Below are positions 1 through 7,318 of a stretch of DNA of 36,199 nucleotides, piece by piece. The stretch comes from a virus. The position numbers and the translations under genes were made by a program. Positions within the stretch are counted from its first letter, which is position 1, and the number at the start of each line of letters is the position of its first letter. The stretch is taken from the IMG/VR virus record IMGVR_UViG_3300045242_000061, positions 1-36,199 of that record, one strand, 5' to 3'. Below the pieces are notes generated by a model. That model was not told the DNA's origin, ran no database searches, and saw nothing but the letters and a program-made list of their open reading frames with translations.

Positions 1-127
1 AGCCGTAGCCGGAGCCGTCGCCGGAGCCTGAGCCGGAGCCGTCGCCGGAGCCGTCGCCTTTATTTGTAGTCATTGATCGAAGCCTCGGCAGCCTCGCTGC
101 ATGGAATGGTTTCAATAACGCCAGTCA
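1..127. repeat. Terminal overlap: identical to 36073-36199 (circular assembly or terminal redundancy)
   Basis: Read directly: bases 1-127 (agccgtagccggagccgtcgcc...aataacgccagtca) recur exactly at 36073-36199. The overlap cuts through two minus-strand genes, so these are one locus seen twice. Confidence 0.9.
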
Positions 128-419
128 GAAACAGCTCCGGCAAAACCACATCGATCTTGCCGGACTTCAAGCCGTTGACCGCCAAGCCTGAAAGCGCCAC
201 GCCGCCATTTGCAACCCAGGACCAGAGGCGGCGGCTGTTTTTCAGAACCACTTGGTCGCCGTTCTGGCTGACCAATTCCCCAGCATGAACGCCGGCCGAG
301 TAGCAGCGGCAGATGACGTACTTGCCAACGAATGGGTGGGCTGTTGGCGCTGCACTTGTCGCTTGAAACATGGCGGCGATCTGCTTGAGTTCGCCGAAGG
401 TGAGGCTATCGATGTTCAT
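60..419 (-). CDS. Hypothetical early protein, first gene of the leftward operon (119 aa)
   Basis: ORF-track ORF. GGAG lies 6 nt upstream of ATG 419, and the gene sits directly downstream of the predicted leftward promoter. No family recognised with confidence. Confidence 0.75.
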   Translation of the reverse strand: MNIDSLTFGELKQIAAMFQATSAAPTAHPFVGKYVICRCYSAGVHAGELVSQNGDQVVLKNSRRLWSWVANGGVALSGLAVNGLKSGKIDVVLPELFLTGVIETIPCSEAAEASINDYK

Positions 420-469
420 GTGTTGCTCCGTGATTGGTCGTGACCAGGCTCTGTGCCTTGGTGAGATGA

Positions 470-498
470 ACGATAGATCCGCAAATAACCGGCGTCAA
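470..498 (-). promoter_or_regulatory. Putative leftward early promoter
   Basis: On the minus strand: -35 TTGACG (498-493), 17-nt spacer, -10 TATCGT (475-470). It is about 50 nt upstream of ATG 419. An imperfect inverted repeat, ATCCGCAAA (477-485) and TTTGCGATT (504-512), brackets the -35. Confidence 0.5.
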
Positions 499-511
499 GC
501 ATTTTTGCGAT

Positions 512-539
512 TTAACAAAAAAAAGATTCCCCATATTGC
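512..539 (+). promoter_or_regulatory. Possible rightward early promoter
   Basis: -35 TTAACA (512-517), 16-nt A-rich spacer, -10 TATTGC (534-539), upstream of the Cro-like gene. The -10 is weak. The palindrome ATTGCAAT lies at 535-542. Confidence 0.3.
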
Positions 540-595
540 AATCTGTTTTTCTTAGCGATAAAGTCAGTCCATCGAATTCAACCGGAGCGGAATAG

Positions 596-796
596 ATGAA
601 CCTAAAGAAAAGCATCCAGGTAGGCCTGGCCCAGAAGCAGATGCGTCAAGGCGATCTCGCCAAGGCCATCGGGATCAGGCCAAGCAGCCTTAGCGCGTCA
701 GCGCAGCGCAATTCTTGCAGCATTCAGGTGCTGGAAAAGATCGCCGCCGCGCTCGATATGACGGTCAGCGAATTTTTGGCCCTTGGCGAGGATTGA
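596..796 (+). CDS. Cro/XRE-family helix-turn-helix transcriptional regulator (66 aa)
   Basis: HTH_XRE-type motif QGDLAKAIGIRPSSLSASAQ. The protein is small and is the first gene of the rightward arm, divergent from the leftward operon. GGAG lies upstream of the ATG. Confidence 0.8.
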   Translation: MNLKKSIQVGLAQKQMRQGDLAKAIGIRPSSLSASAQRNSCSIQVLEKIAAALDMTVSEFLALGED

Positions 797-798
797 TC

Positions 799-1032
799 AT
801 GCCGATTAATAGAGATAACAGGCGAGAGACCATGCAGAGGAAAGTCTATCTTGCTGCTGAAATTCTTGGTGTGGCAGCAGCAGATAAGAAGTTTTCTGAT
901 TCTGACGATCTGGCTATTTTCAATCTTGGGATTGCTGCTCTGAATCACATGCTTATTGAAAATCGCCATGATGAAGCGATCAATCAATTTATTCGGCTTC
1001 TACGCTCAAATGGTGACCGCTATGGATCGTGA
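799..1032 (+). CDS. Hypothetical protein (77 aa)
   Basis: First ATG of the 715..1032 ORF that follows the upstream stop (794-796). GAGGA lies 6 nt upstream. Confidence 0.55.
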   Translation: MPINRDNRRETMQRKVYLAAEILGVAAADKKFSDSDDLAIFNLGIAALNHMLIENRHDEAINQFIRLLRSNGDRYGS

Positions 1033-1702
1033 TTTCAGAGGTATTTGGATATCTTCCGAAATCTGGCTTACCAAAGATATGACGGTCGGCGAAAAGCTGA
1101 TGTACGTTGAAATCGAAAGTCTGAGCAAGCTTGATCGTGGATGTTTTGCGAGTAATGCCCATTTCGCTGAAATGTTTAGTATCTCGCCCTCTCGCGTATC
1201 AGAAATCATCAGCTCTCTCGCTAGCAAGGGTTTCATTTTGGTCGATCAAAAACGCCAAGGCGTGCGTACGGTTCAGCGAATAATTCGCGTGATTCCTCTT
1301 CATGCTACTTCTTCGGAAAATCCGAAGAACCCCTTCGGAAAAGGCGTAGAAGGTTCTTCGGAAAAGACGCAAGGGAAGAATACAGATTTAAGTAATACAG
1401 AGAAGGAAGGAGCTCTTCGTGATCAGCAAGCTGACCACATCCCCTATGAGGAGATTTTCAACACCTACGAACGGGTATTGCCCGGTAAGCCAAGGGTGAA
1501 AATTAGAGATGATGCTCGTCGTAAAGCGATCCGTTCGCTCTGGCGCAGCAACCCTAAATTCCAGGCCATTGAATTCTGGGAGCGTTACTACGCTGTAGTG
1601 AAATCGAGCAAGTTTTTGATGGATTCGAAATCGCTGGCGTTCGATTGGCTGCACAAGCCAGCGAACTTCAAAAAAGTCGCTGAGGGGAATTATTCAGAAT
1701 GA
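1022..1702 (+). CDS. Replication initiation/organizer protein (wHTH, lambda O / DnaD-like class)
   Basis: N-terminal motif IWISSEIWL...LMYVEIESLSKLDRGCFASNAHFAEMFSISPSRVSEIISSLASKGFI is typical of phage replisome-organizer wHTH domains. An iteron cluster lies inside the gene, and DnaB follows directly with an ATGA overlap. The start is uncertain (956, 965, 1010 or 1022). Confidence 0.65.
   Translation: MDRDFRGIWISSEIWLTKDMTVGEKLMYVEIESLSKLDRGCFASNAHFAEMFSISPSRVSEIISSLASKGFILVDQKRQGVRTVQRIIRVIPLHATSSENPKNPFGKGVEGSSEKTQGKNTDLSNTEKEGALRDQQADHIPYEEIFNTYERVLPGKPRVKIRDDARRKAIRSLWRSNPKFQAIEFWERYYAVVKSSKFLMDSKSLAFDWLHKPANFKKVAEGNYSE
1309..1366. repeat. Iteron cluster, putative origin of replication
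   Basis: CTTCGGAAAA occurs at 1311-1320, 1333-1342 and 1356-1365 (22-23 nt spacing). An inverted copy GTTCTTCGGA is read as tccgaagaac at 1321-1330. A purine/AT-rich stretch follows at 1366-1410. Confidence 0.55.
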
Positions 1703-3075
1703 CAGCCGACAATTATCGGAAGGACCCGTACAGCCAGGAAGCTGAACAGGCCGTACTCGGCGCCATGCTGATCAAGCCAGAGCTGATCGATATCCTGGCG
1801 GCGGACCTGAAGGAATCTGATTTCTTCTTCGCTGATAACCGGGCGGTCTTCAAGGCAATAACCCGTCTGCATAGCAGCGGAAAACCTGTCGACTTCCTGA
1901 CAGTTGGCGAGGACATCGGTACGCTTTATGGAGGCGCTCCAGCATTTGCCTATACCGCCGAGCTGCATCACAACACGCCCAGCGCCGCCAATGCCAAGGC
2001 TTACGCCCAAACGGTGATATCCAGAAGCATTGACCGCTCATTGGTCGCGGCCTGTTACAACATCAGCGAAATCGTTGAGGGAGAGGGCAGTGCGGAGGAT
2101 AAAATTGCCCGCGCCCATGCCGAAATAACCTCGATCAATACCGGATCCGGCGAGGCTGAAACGATCCATATCAGCAATGCGCTAGCGGCGCATATCAAAG
2201 AGCTGGAGCGGCGCGAAAGCCTTGATGGATCAATCGATGGGCTGAGTACTGGCATCCCTGCGCTTGATAACAAGATTCAGGGTCTGAAACCTGGAGGACT
2301 CTACGTGATTGCGGGGCGCCCAAAGATGGGCAAGACCACGCTGGCGATGAACTGGGCGGATGATCAGGCCGTCAAGCAAAAAAAACAGGTGCTGGTATTC
2401 AGCCTTGAGATGACGCAGAAACAATTAATCGACAAATCTCTGGCTTCGCTTGGCAGCATCCCCTTGAGCGCTCTCAAGGATGGTTCGGCACTGAAGAGCC
2501 ATGCTAAGGAACTTGTCGAAACTGCGGCAATGCTGAATGCCTCTGGCTTGGAGCTTTATGACCGTAAAGGAGCCACCATCAGCCGTATTCGCTCGGTCGC
2601 GCGGCGGCACAAGATGAAACATGGCCTGGATGTGCTCTACGTTGACCATATCGGTCTGGTCGATGTAGATGATGCTCGCGCCAGCCCGGTACAGCGGATC
2701 AGCGAGATTACCCGTGCGCTGAAGCTGCTGGCCAAAGAACTCGATGTGCCAGTGATCATGCTATCGCAGCTCAACCGGGCCTTGGAACAGCGCCCCAACA
2801 AGCGCCCGATTCCTTCCGACCTTCGCGAATCGGGCACAATCGAGCAGGATGCGGACATGATTATTTTCGTCTACCGCGATGAGGTCTATGAGCCAAATAC
2901 CGAGTATCGCGGGGTGGCTGAAATCATCATCGCCGTGGCGCGAGACGTTGAACCGTGCATGCAGCGAGTGCGCTACCAGGGCAAGTACAGCCTGTTCAGC
3001 GACATGCGCGCCGATTACGAAGAGCCTGCGCCACGGGCGCCACGGACTTACGCCAGCAGCTCATTACTCGATTGA
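1699..3075 (+). CDS. dnaB: Replicative DNA helicase DnaB
   Basis: 458 aa. Walker A GRPKMGKT, plus FSLEMT, SQLNRALEQR and DLRESGTIEQDADMIIFVYRDEVY, with a DnaB N-terminal domain motif (QAVLGAMLIKPELID). Confidence 0.95.
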   Translation: MTADNYRKDPYSQEAEQAVLGAMLIKPELIDILAADLKESDFFFADNRAVFKAITRLHSSGKPVDFLTVGEDIGTLYGGAPAFAYTAELHHNTPSAANAKAYAQTVISRSIDRSLVAACYNISEIVEGEGSAEDKIARAHAEITSINTGSGEAETIHISNALAAHIKELERRESLDGSIDGLSTGIPALDNKIQGLKPGGLYVIAGRPKMGKTTLAMNWADDQAVKQKKQVLVFSLEMTQKQLIDKSLASLGSIPLSALKDGSALKSHAKELVETAAMLNASGLELYDRKGATISRIRSVARRHKMKHGLDVLYVDHIGLVDVDDARASPVQRISEITRALKLLAKELDVPVIMLSQLNRALEQRPNKRPIPSDLRESGTIEQDADMIIFVYRDEVYEPNTEYRGVAEIIIAVARDVEPCMQRVRYQGKYSLFSDMRADYEEPAPRAPRTYASSSLLD

Positions 3076-3084
3076 GGGGGTCCC

Positions 3085-3324
3085 ATGAAGCCAACGCTAA
3101 TCCGAGAAATCGAAACGCTGAAACGCTGGAGTGCCCAAGCCGAGGCGCGCAAGTGCCAAGCGCTCAATTTCTACGACTACAAGCCGCTGATTAAGCCACT
3201 GCCCGCGCCCATCGGCGGCTGGATCTGCCAAGGGCCGCATCCCGAGGGCATGATCAGTTACGGCTGGGGCCCGACACCGGAAGCCGCCTATGAGAGCTGG
3301 ACCTATAACGGGATACCTTTTTGA
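3085..3324 (+). CDS. Hypothetical protein (79 aa)
   Basis: ORF-track ORF, co-oriented and tightly packed after dnaB. Confidence 0.6.
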   Translation: MKPTLIREIETLKRWSAQAEARKCQALNFYDYKPLIKPLPAPIGGWICQGPHPEGMISYGWGPTPEAAYESWTYNGIPF

Positions 3325-3344
3325 TCAACCACTGGAGAAACGCT

Positions 3345-3938
3345 ATGACCACTGCAATCGAAACGACCAAGCGTGAGATGTACGGACAACTTGCCCGCAT
3401 AAAATTTTATGGCGCTGGATATAACGAACGATTTGAATTGGCGCTAGAGGCTCACCTTGAAGAGCTGCGCAAGGAACTCAAGACGGCCAAGGAAGACGCC
3501 CAAGGCGCCAATACCCTCACGGACGAATTCCAGCAGCGCCTGATGGTAATGACCGAAGAGCGCGACGGTGCGCAGAGCCGGATGCAGGCCATCGACCACG
3601 CCTATCACGTTCAGGCTCAGGCCAATATTGCGGCGGGGGAAGAGCTTAGGGAGGCTAAGCGACAACTCAAAAAGGCGCATGAGCTGACAATCCAAAGCGA
3701 GAAGCTTTCCGGCTTCCGCCTGACTGAATTGCAGAAGGCCTTCAAAGAGCTATCCACGCTGCGCAAATCGCAAGGCAGTACATCGGCTCAAGATTCGACA
3801 GAAAGCGTCTCTGGCGCTACACGGTATACATTGCCGGGCTATCAGCAAGCTGTATGCAATCACCTATTCGCGGTATGCGCGCATAACGGCAAAATCGTCT
3901 GTGCAAAATGCCGGGTTACCGCAGGAGAGCAGGCATGA
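3345..3938 (+). CDS. Hypothetical coiled-coil protein with C-terminal Cys cluster (197 aa)
   Basis: ATG 3345 has GGAG 7 nt upstream. Long heptad-like E/K/Q/A-rich centre. C-terminal CNHLFAVCAHNGKIVCAKC suggests a zinc-binding tail. Confidence 0.6.
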   Translation: MTTAIETTKREMYGQLARIKFYGAGYNERFELALEAHLEELRKELKTAKEDAQGANTLTDEFQQRLMVMTEERDGAQSRMQAIDHAYHVQAQANIAAGEELREAKRQLKKAHELTIQSEKLSGFRLTELQKAFKELSTLRKSQGSTSAQDSTESVSGATRYTLPGYQQAVCNHLFAVCAHNGKIVCAKCRVTAGEQA

Positions 3939-4162
3939 CCCTCCATGAACTCTTTGAGCAGCATTTCGCCGACCAGCACGACTGTCATCCTGAGCATATC
4001 CGCGAGCATCGGCTATCGAATGACTCATACGCGAAGGCCGATATCGCCACGGCATTCCGAAATTTCCGCGCCGGGTATAAGGCGAAACAGATAGAAGCAC
4101 TTGAATCGGAGCTGATTTGTCCAAAAACACATCAAGACGACCAAGTTTCTTGTGGTGTTTGA
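3935..4162 (+). CDS. Hypothetical protein (75 aa)
   Basis: ATGA start/stop overlap with the upstream gene at 3935-3938. Confidence 0.55.
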   Translation: MTLHELFEQHFADQHDCHPEHIREHRLSNDSYAKADIATAFRNFRAGYKAKQIEALESELICPKTHQDDQVSCGV

Positions 4163-4284
4163 TCAGCAAAAATAACCAGGCGTAGCCAGCTTATAAAAAA
4201 CAAACTGACAGAAACTGTAATCCCTTCAATGACTTAGGCGATGACTGGAGGGGTTGACATAAATGCTAAAAATGGAGCTTTTCC

Positions 4285-4530
4285 ATGAAAAATACATTAA
4301 CCGATGACGAAATTAGACTTCGTGAAGCGCTGATCAATCAGCAGCGCGGCATGCAAAACTGTGCTCCAGGCTCACCGCTCTATGACAAGCTCATGGGGAC
4401 GAATCTCTATGCGGAGCGTGAAATATTTACTGAAACGCCTACGTTGCTACCAAAGCTGATCCTGCAATGCACCTTCAAAATCTTGCTGACCGTGCTGGCG
4501 CTGGGCATCGTCTTGGCGGTGTTCGGATGA
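4285..4530 (+). CDS. Hypothetical tail-anchored membrane protein (81 aa)
   Basis: GGAG lies 7 nt upstream. The C-terminal hydrophobic segment FKILLTVLALGIVLAVFG is a probable TM helix. Confidence 0.6.
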   Translation: MKNTLTDDEIRLREALINQQRGMQNCAPGSPLYDKLMGTNLYAEREIFTETPTLLPKLILQCTFKILLTVLALGIVLAVFG

Positions 4531-4757
4531 GAGTGCCTCCCTATAAGCCGGTGCGCGGGGTAAGTGTGGAAGCTTGCGGAAAACAGCATGATTTTCAGCT
4601 GGCCGAAGAATGGCTGGTTAATAGTCACGGCCACCTTGAAATAATGAGCGATATTAAATTTTTTGAGGGCGGGAAATGCTCATTTTCCACTCACAAAACG
4701 CTTGGCTACTTTGGTCATTTTGATCGTGTCTGGTACATGGATGAGGTGCAATCATGA
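4527..4757 (+). CDS. Hypothetical protein (76 aa)
   Basis: ATGA overlap with the upstream stop (4527-4530). Its own stop overlaps the next start at 4754. Confidence 0.5.
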   Translation: MRVPPYKPVRGVSVEACGKQHDFQLAEEWLVNSHGHLEIMSDIKFFEGGKCSFSTHKTLGYFGHFDRVWYMDEVQS

Positions 4758-5137
4758 GCCGCAAGGACCTGCTGCAACTCGCAGAAATCGCCGCGCTAAA
4801 AGAGCTGGCCAATCTGCGCAATAACCGGATTATCGAGCTGGCCAAGGAGCTGAATGCAGCGAGAGATGAATTGGCAATTCTGACGGATGCCTATGAATTT
4901 TTGACCGTCGCCAAATTCATTGACGCTTGCGATGAGGCAAAATCACTGCGCAAGGACGCGGAGCGGTATCGGTTTATGCGCAGAACTGAAGACTGGGAAG
5001 CGGAAACGCAGAAAATTGAAAACTACAAGCTGCGCAGCGATTCTTACATCGCTGTCAGTGGTGATGAGGTATGGAATGCGAGCGGCGAGGTTCTTGATAG
5101 GGTTGTTGATGAATTAATGAGTAGGGAGGCGCTGTGA
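4754..5137 (+). CDS. Hypothetical protein (127 aa)
   Basis: ORF-track ORF. Contains an AERYRFMR motif seen in small lambdoid early proteins. Function unknown. Confidence 0.65.
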   Translation: MSRKDLLQLAEIAALKELANLRNNRIIELAKELNAARDELAILTDAYEFLTVAKFIDACDEAKSLRKDAERYRFMRRTEDWEAETQKIENYKLRSDSYIAVSGDEVWNASGEVLDRVVDELMSREAL

Positions 5138-5628
5138 CTGAATATCTACAGAAAATTATCATTGGCATCGACCCTGGCTGCACCGGCTCGCTGGTCGCGC
5201 TGAATGCCGATGGATCATTCAATGACCATTTACCGATGCCGGTGATCAAGGTCGGCAAAAAGACCCGCGTCAATGGATCGGCTGTGGCAGCGTTCCTGCG
5301 CAACTACTACGGCTATCTGGTCGACGCAGTGATTGAGCAGGTTGGCGCTATGCCGGGTAACGGAGTGTCGAGCATGTTCACGTTTGGGCATTCAGCGGGT
5401 GTCGTCGAGGGGGTGCTTCAAGGAATGGAAATCCCTTATCGGCTCGTGACCCCACAAGCCTGGAAGAAGAGCGCCGGGCTGATTGGTAGCGACAAGGACG
5501 CGGCCCGCTCACGCTGCATCCAGATCTATCCAGGCCTGCGCTCCTTGGATTTGAAAGGGAAGGGTCAGGCGCTCGCCGATTCGATCCTGATTGCGCGTTA
5601 CGGAGTGGGGCTTGATAACGGCGGATAA
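5134..5628 (+). CDS. RuvC-like Holliday junction resolvase
   Basis: 164 aa. IIGIDPGCTGSLVAL (catalytic Asp region), EQVGAMPGNGVSSMFTFGHSAGVVEGVL, and ALADSILIARYG near the C-terminus. This is the typical RuvC-fold arrangement. Confidence 0.85.
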   Translation: MTEYLQKIIIGIDPGCTGSLVALNADGSFNDHLPMPVIKVGKKTRVNGSAVAAFLRNYYGYLVDAVIEQVGAMPGNGVSSMFTFGHSAGVVEGVLQGMEIPYRLVTPQAWKKSAGLIGSDKDAARSRCIQIYPGLRSLDLKGKGQALADSILIARYGVGLDNGG

Positions 5629-5741
5629 CCTCCGTAACCTCTGACTCGCAGGTATCGCGGATTGGTCTCCGCTTCCGGGTTGGTTCACGGCTTTCTCGGG
5701 ACTCCAGGCCTGCTGACAGCCGGAAAGACGGCACAATTTAA

Positions 5742-5816
5742 TGCGAGGTGGAGAAGTGGTATCTCGTCGGGCCCATAACCCGAAGGTCGCTGGTTCGAAT
5801 CCAGCCCACGCAACCA
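5742..5816 (+). tRNA. tRNA-Met (anticodon CAT at 5774-5776), initiator (fMet)-like
   Basis: Manual cloverleaf: acceptor TGCGAGG/CCACGCA (one A-A mismatch at 5:68), D arm GAGA-AGTGGTA-TCTC, anticodon arm TCGGG-CCCATAA-CCCGA, variable AGGTC, T arm GCTGG-TTCGAAT-CCAGC, then discriminator A and an encoded CCA. It closely resembles E. coli tRNA-fMet as I recall it. Confidence 0.85.
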
Positions 5817-6194
5817 GATACAACCGACGCCAAGTGCCCGCAGATACGGAACGTCTTTATCGCCAAGTGATACCGGGCCATAACCACTTCCCATATCGGC
5901 GGGATGTCATGCGGTATAACTTGGGATGCAGATGAGTACGCAGGCTGATGCGTGTATTGCGGCGCTACGACCCGCTAGGCCCGCTGAAACAGCACGAGAG
6001 AGTCGAAGCCGGAGATCAGCGCCGGCCATCTGTATCAATCACCAGCGATAATGCCAGCGCAGGACCTGAAATACTGTTAGCTTCTGGTGGAAGGCATGAC
6101 GACGACCGGCGAGAAATCGAACGAGTGCGGTCATGCTAGGCGTTCGGTGCCAGCAACCGACGGCGCGAGATGCGTCGATAACTCTTTCTCACTT

Positions 6195-6223
6195 AGCCCA
6201 AGCCTAAAAGCCTTGGGCTTTTT
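6195..6223 (+). terminator. Rho-independent terminator
   Basis: Stem AGCCCAAG (6195-6202) / CTTGGGCT (6212-6219), 9-nt loop, then a T5 run. Confidence 0.6.
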
Positions 6224-6279
6224 CATGGGTGCGATTTATGCTCATGGCTCCAAGCATTTCAAGGCACGAGGATTTCACC

Positions 6280-6507
6280 ATGGCCAAGTTAACCACTGCA
6301 AAACGCAAGAAGATTCCTGCCGACAAGTTTGCCGGCCCCGGGAAGAGTTACCCGGTTGAAGATAAGGCTCATGCCGGGAATGCCAAGGCACGCGCCACAC
6401 AAATGAACAATGAAGGCAAGTTGAGCGATTCGGCGAAAGCGAAGATTGACGCGAAGGCTGATAAAGTCCTGGCAAAGGGCAAGCCGAAAGCCTCGAAGAA
6501 AAAGTAA
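6280..6507 (+). CDS. Small basic hypothetical protein (75 aa)
   Basis: GAGGA lies 8 nt upstream of ATG 6280. Lys-rich, with motif IPADKFAGPGKSYPVEDKAHAGNAKARA. Bounded by terminators on both sides. Confidence 0.65.
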   Translation: MAKLTTAKRKKIPADKFAGPGKSYPVEDKAHAGNAKARATQMNNEGKLSDSAKAKIDAKADKVLAKGKPKASKKK

Positions 6508-6528
6508 TTCTCAGCGCCGAAACATAAA

Positions 6529-6553
6529 AGCCTGGCACTTGCTGGGCTTTTTT
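6529..6553 (+). terminator. Rho-independent terminator
   Basis: Stem AGCCTGGC (6529-6536) / GCTGGGCT (6541-6548) with two G-T wobbles, 4-nt loop, then a T run. Confidence 0.6.
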
Positions 6554-6649
6554 GTGAGCTATGTATAGGCTTCCTCACAGGCCAGACAAAGATCAGGTCA
6601 TCTGTCAAACACAAAATGCGACTTCAATTCGTCAACAGAGGTCAAACCA

Positions 6650-7015
6650 ATGATCAGAACACACCCGCTACGAGGGGCGCCCATGGACATATCCGCTGCA
6701 ATCACGGCCCTGCTTTTCAAGTATGGATTATTCACTGCAAGCCTCTTTGGCTCACTATTGTCGCTATCTCTTCTTCGGCCGTTATCGAAGAAGGAGGCCG
6801 CATTAGCTATTGCTACTGGGTTTTTTACTGCAATTTTCACTACCGACCTGATGATCGCGCACTTCGGACTTCCATCGGATGGAAGCTCCCGAAATGGCGT
6901 TGCCTATCTGATTGGTCTAACCGCAATGAATTTCATCCCCGCCATTAAGCTCATGGCTAAGAGCATTGCTCGAGCCGCACTCAAAAAGGGTTCCCACGAT
7001 GACTTCCAAGTTTAA
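6650..7015 (+). CDS. Three-TM membrane protein (holin-like or exclusion-type; 121 aa)
   Basis: GAGG lies 8 nt upstream. Three hydrophobic segments (AITALLFKYGLFTASLFGSLLSL, ALAIATGFFTAIFTTDLMI, VAYLIGLTAMNFIPAI) and a charged C-terminus. Confidence 0.65.
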   Translation: MIRTHPLRGAPMDISAAITALLFKYGLFTASLFGSLLSLSLLRPLSKKEAALAIATGFFTAIFTTDLMIAHFGLPSDGSSRNGVAYLIGLTAMNFIPAIKLMAKSIARAALKKGSHDDFQV

Positions 7016-7289
7016 ACAGCGCACACCGGTGGTTGATGGTGTTGACTTGCACTCCCTCGACACGCAAGCAGCTGAGATTGCTGCGTTTTCAACATTGGTT
7101 GGGGCCAAGTCTTTCAGCATTGATCTGCAAAATAACTCAGCGACATTGTCCGTCCCTCCGGCCTCTCCCGATATGCCGCTCCAGTCGATTACGGTCAGGC
7201 CTGGGCAAGTCATTAGTCGTATAAATGGCGTTATTTATGTGCAGGACAGGGATGCTTTTCTGCTGACTTATGAGCTGGACATTGGATAA
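6999..7289 (+). CDS. Hypothetical protein (96 aa)
   Basis: First ATG of the 6966..7289 ORF. Overlaps the upstream gene by 17 nt. A terminator follows. Confidence 0.5.
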   Translation: MTSKFKQRTPVVDGVDLHSLDTQAAEIAAFSTLVGAKSFSIDLQNNSATLSVPPASPDMPLQSITVRPGQVISRINGVIYVQDRDAFLLTYELDIG

Positions 7290-7318
7290 AGCATCAATAA
7301 TTCGCAAATAAAAGCTAT

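Noticed and set aside
4254-4259. Consensus TTGACA in the 4163-4284 intergenic gap
   Set aside because: There is no acceptable -10 hexamer at 16-18 nt spacing. TAAAAT lies only 7 nt downstream, and the properly spaced hexamer is GCTTTT.
5629-5741. Possible second tRNA upstream of tRNA-Met (GGTTCAC-like T-loop at about 5680)
   Set aside because: I could not fold an acceptor stem, anticodon arm or T stem around it.
5713-5742. Promoter-like CTGACA-18-TTTAAT just upstream of the tRNA
   Set aside because: The -10 ends on the first base of the tRNA, so the transcription start would fall inside the mature tRNA. It is incompatible with being the tRNA promoter and is probably a chance match.
5509-5935. 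ORF-track ORFs overlapping the tRNA (5509..5823 minus, 5685..5894 minus, 5741..5935 plus)
   Set aside because: They read through the tRNA cloverleaf (for example the WAGFEPATFGL-type translation of the T arm), lack SD sequences, and have no coding-like composition.
5948-6359. ORFs 5948..6139 (63 aa) and 6087..6359 (90 aa) in the ORF-poor segment
   Set aside because: There is no convincing SD. The second runs straight through the terminator hairpin at 6195-6223 and into the next gene in another frame. Both have Arg/Gly-rich composition typical of off-frame GC-rich sequence.
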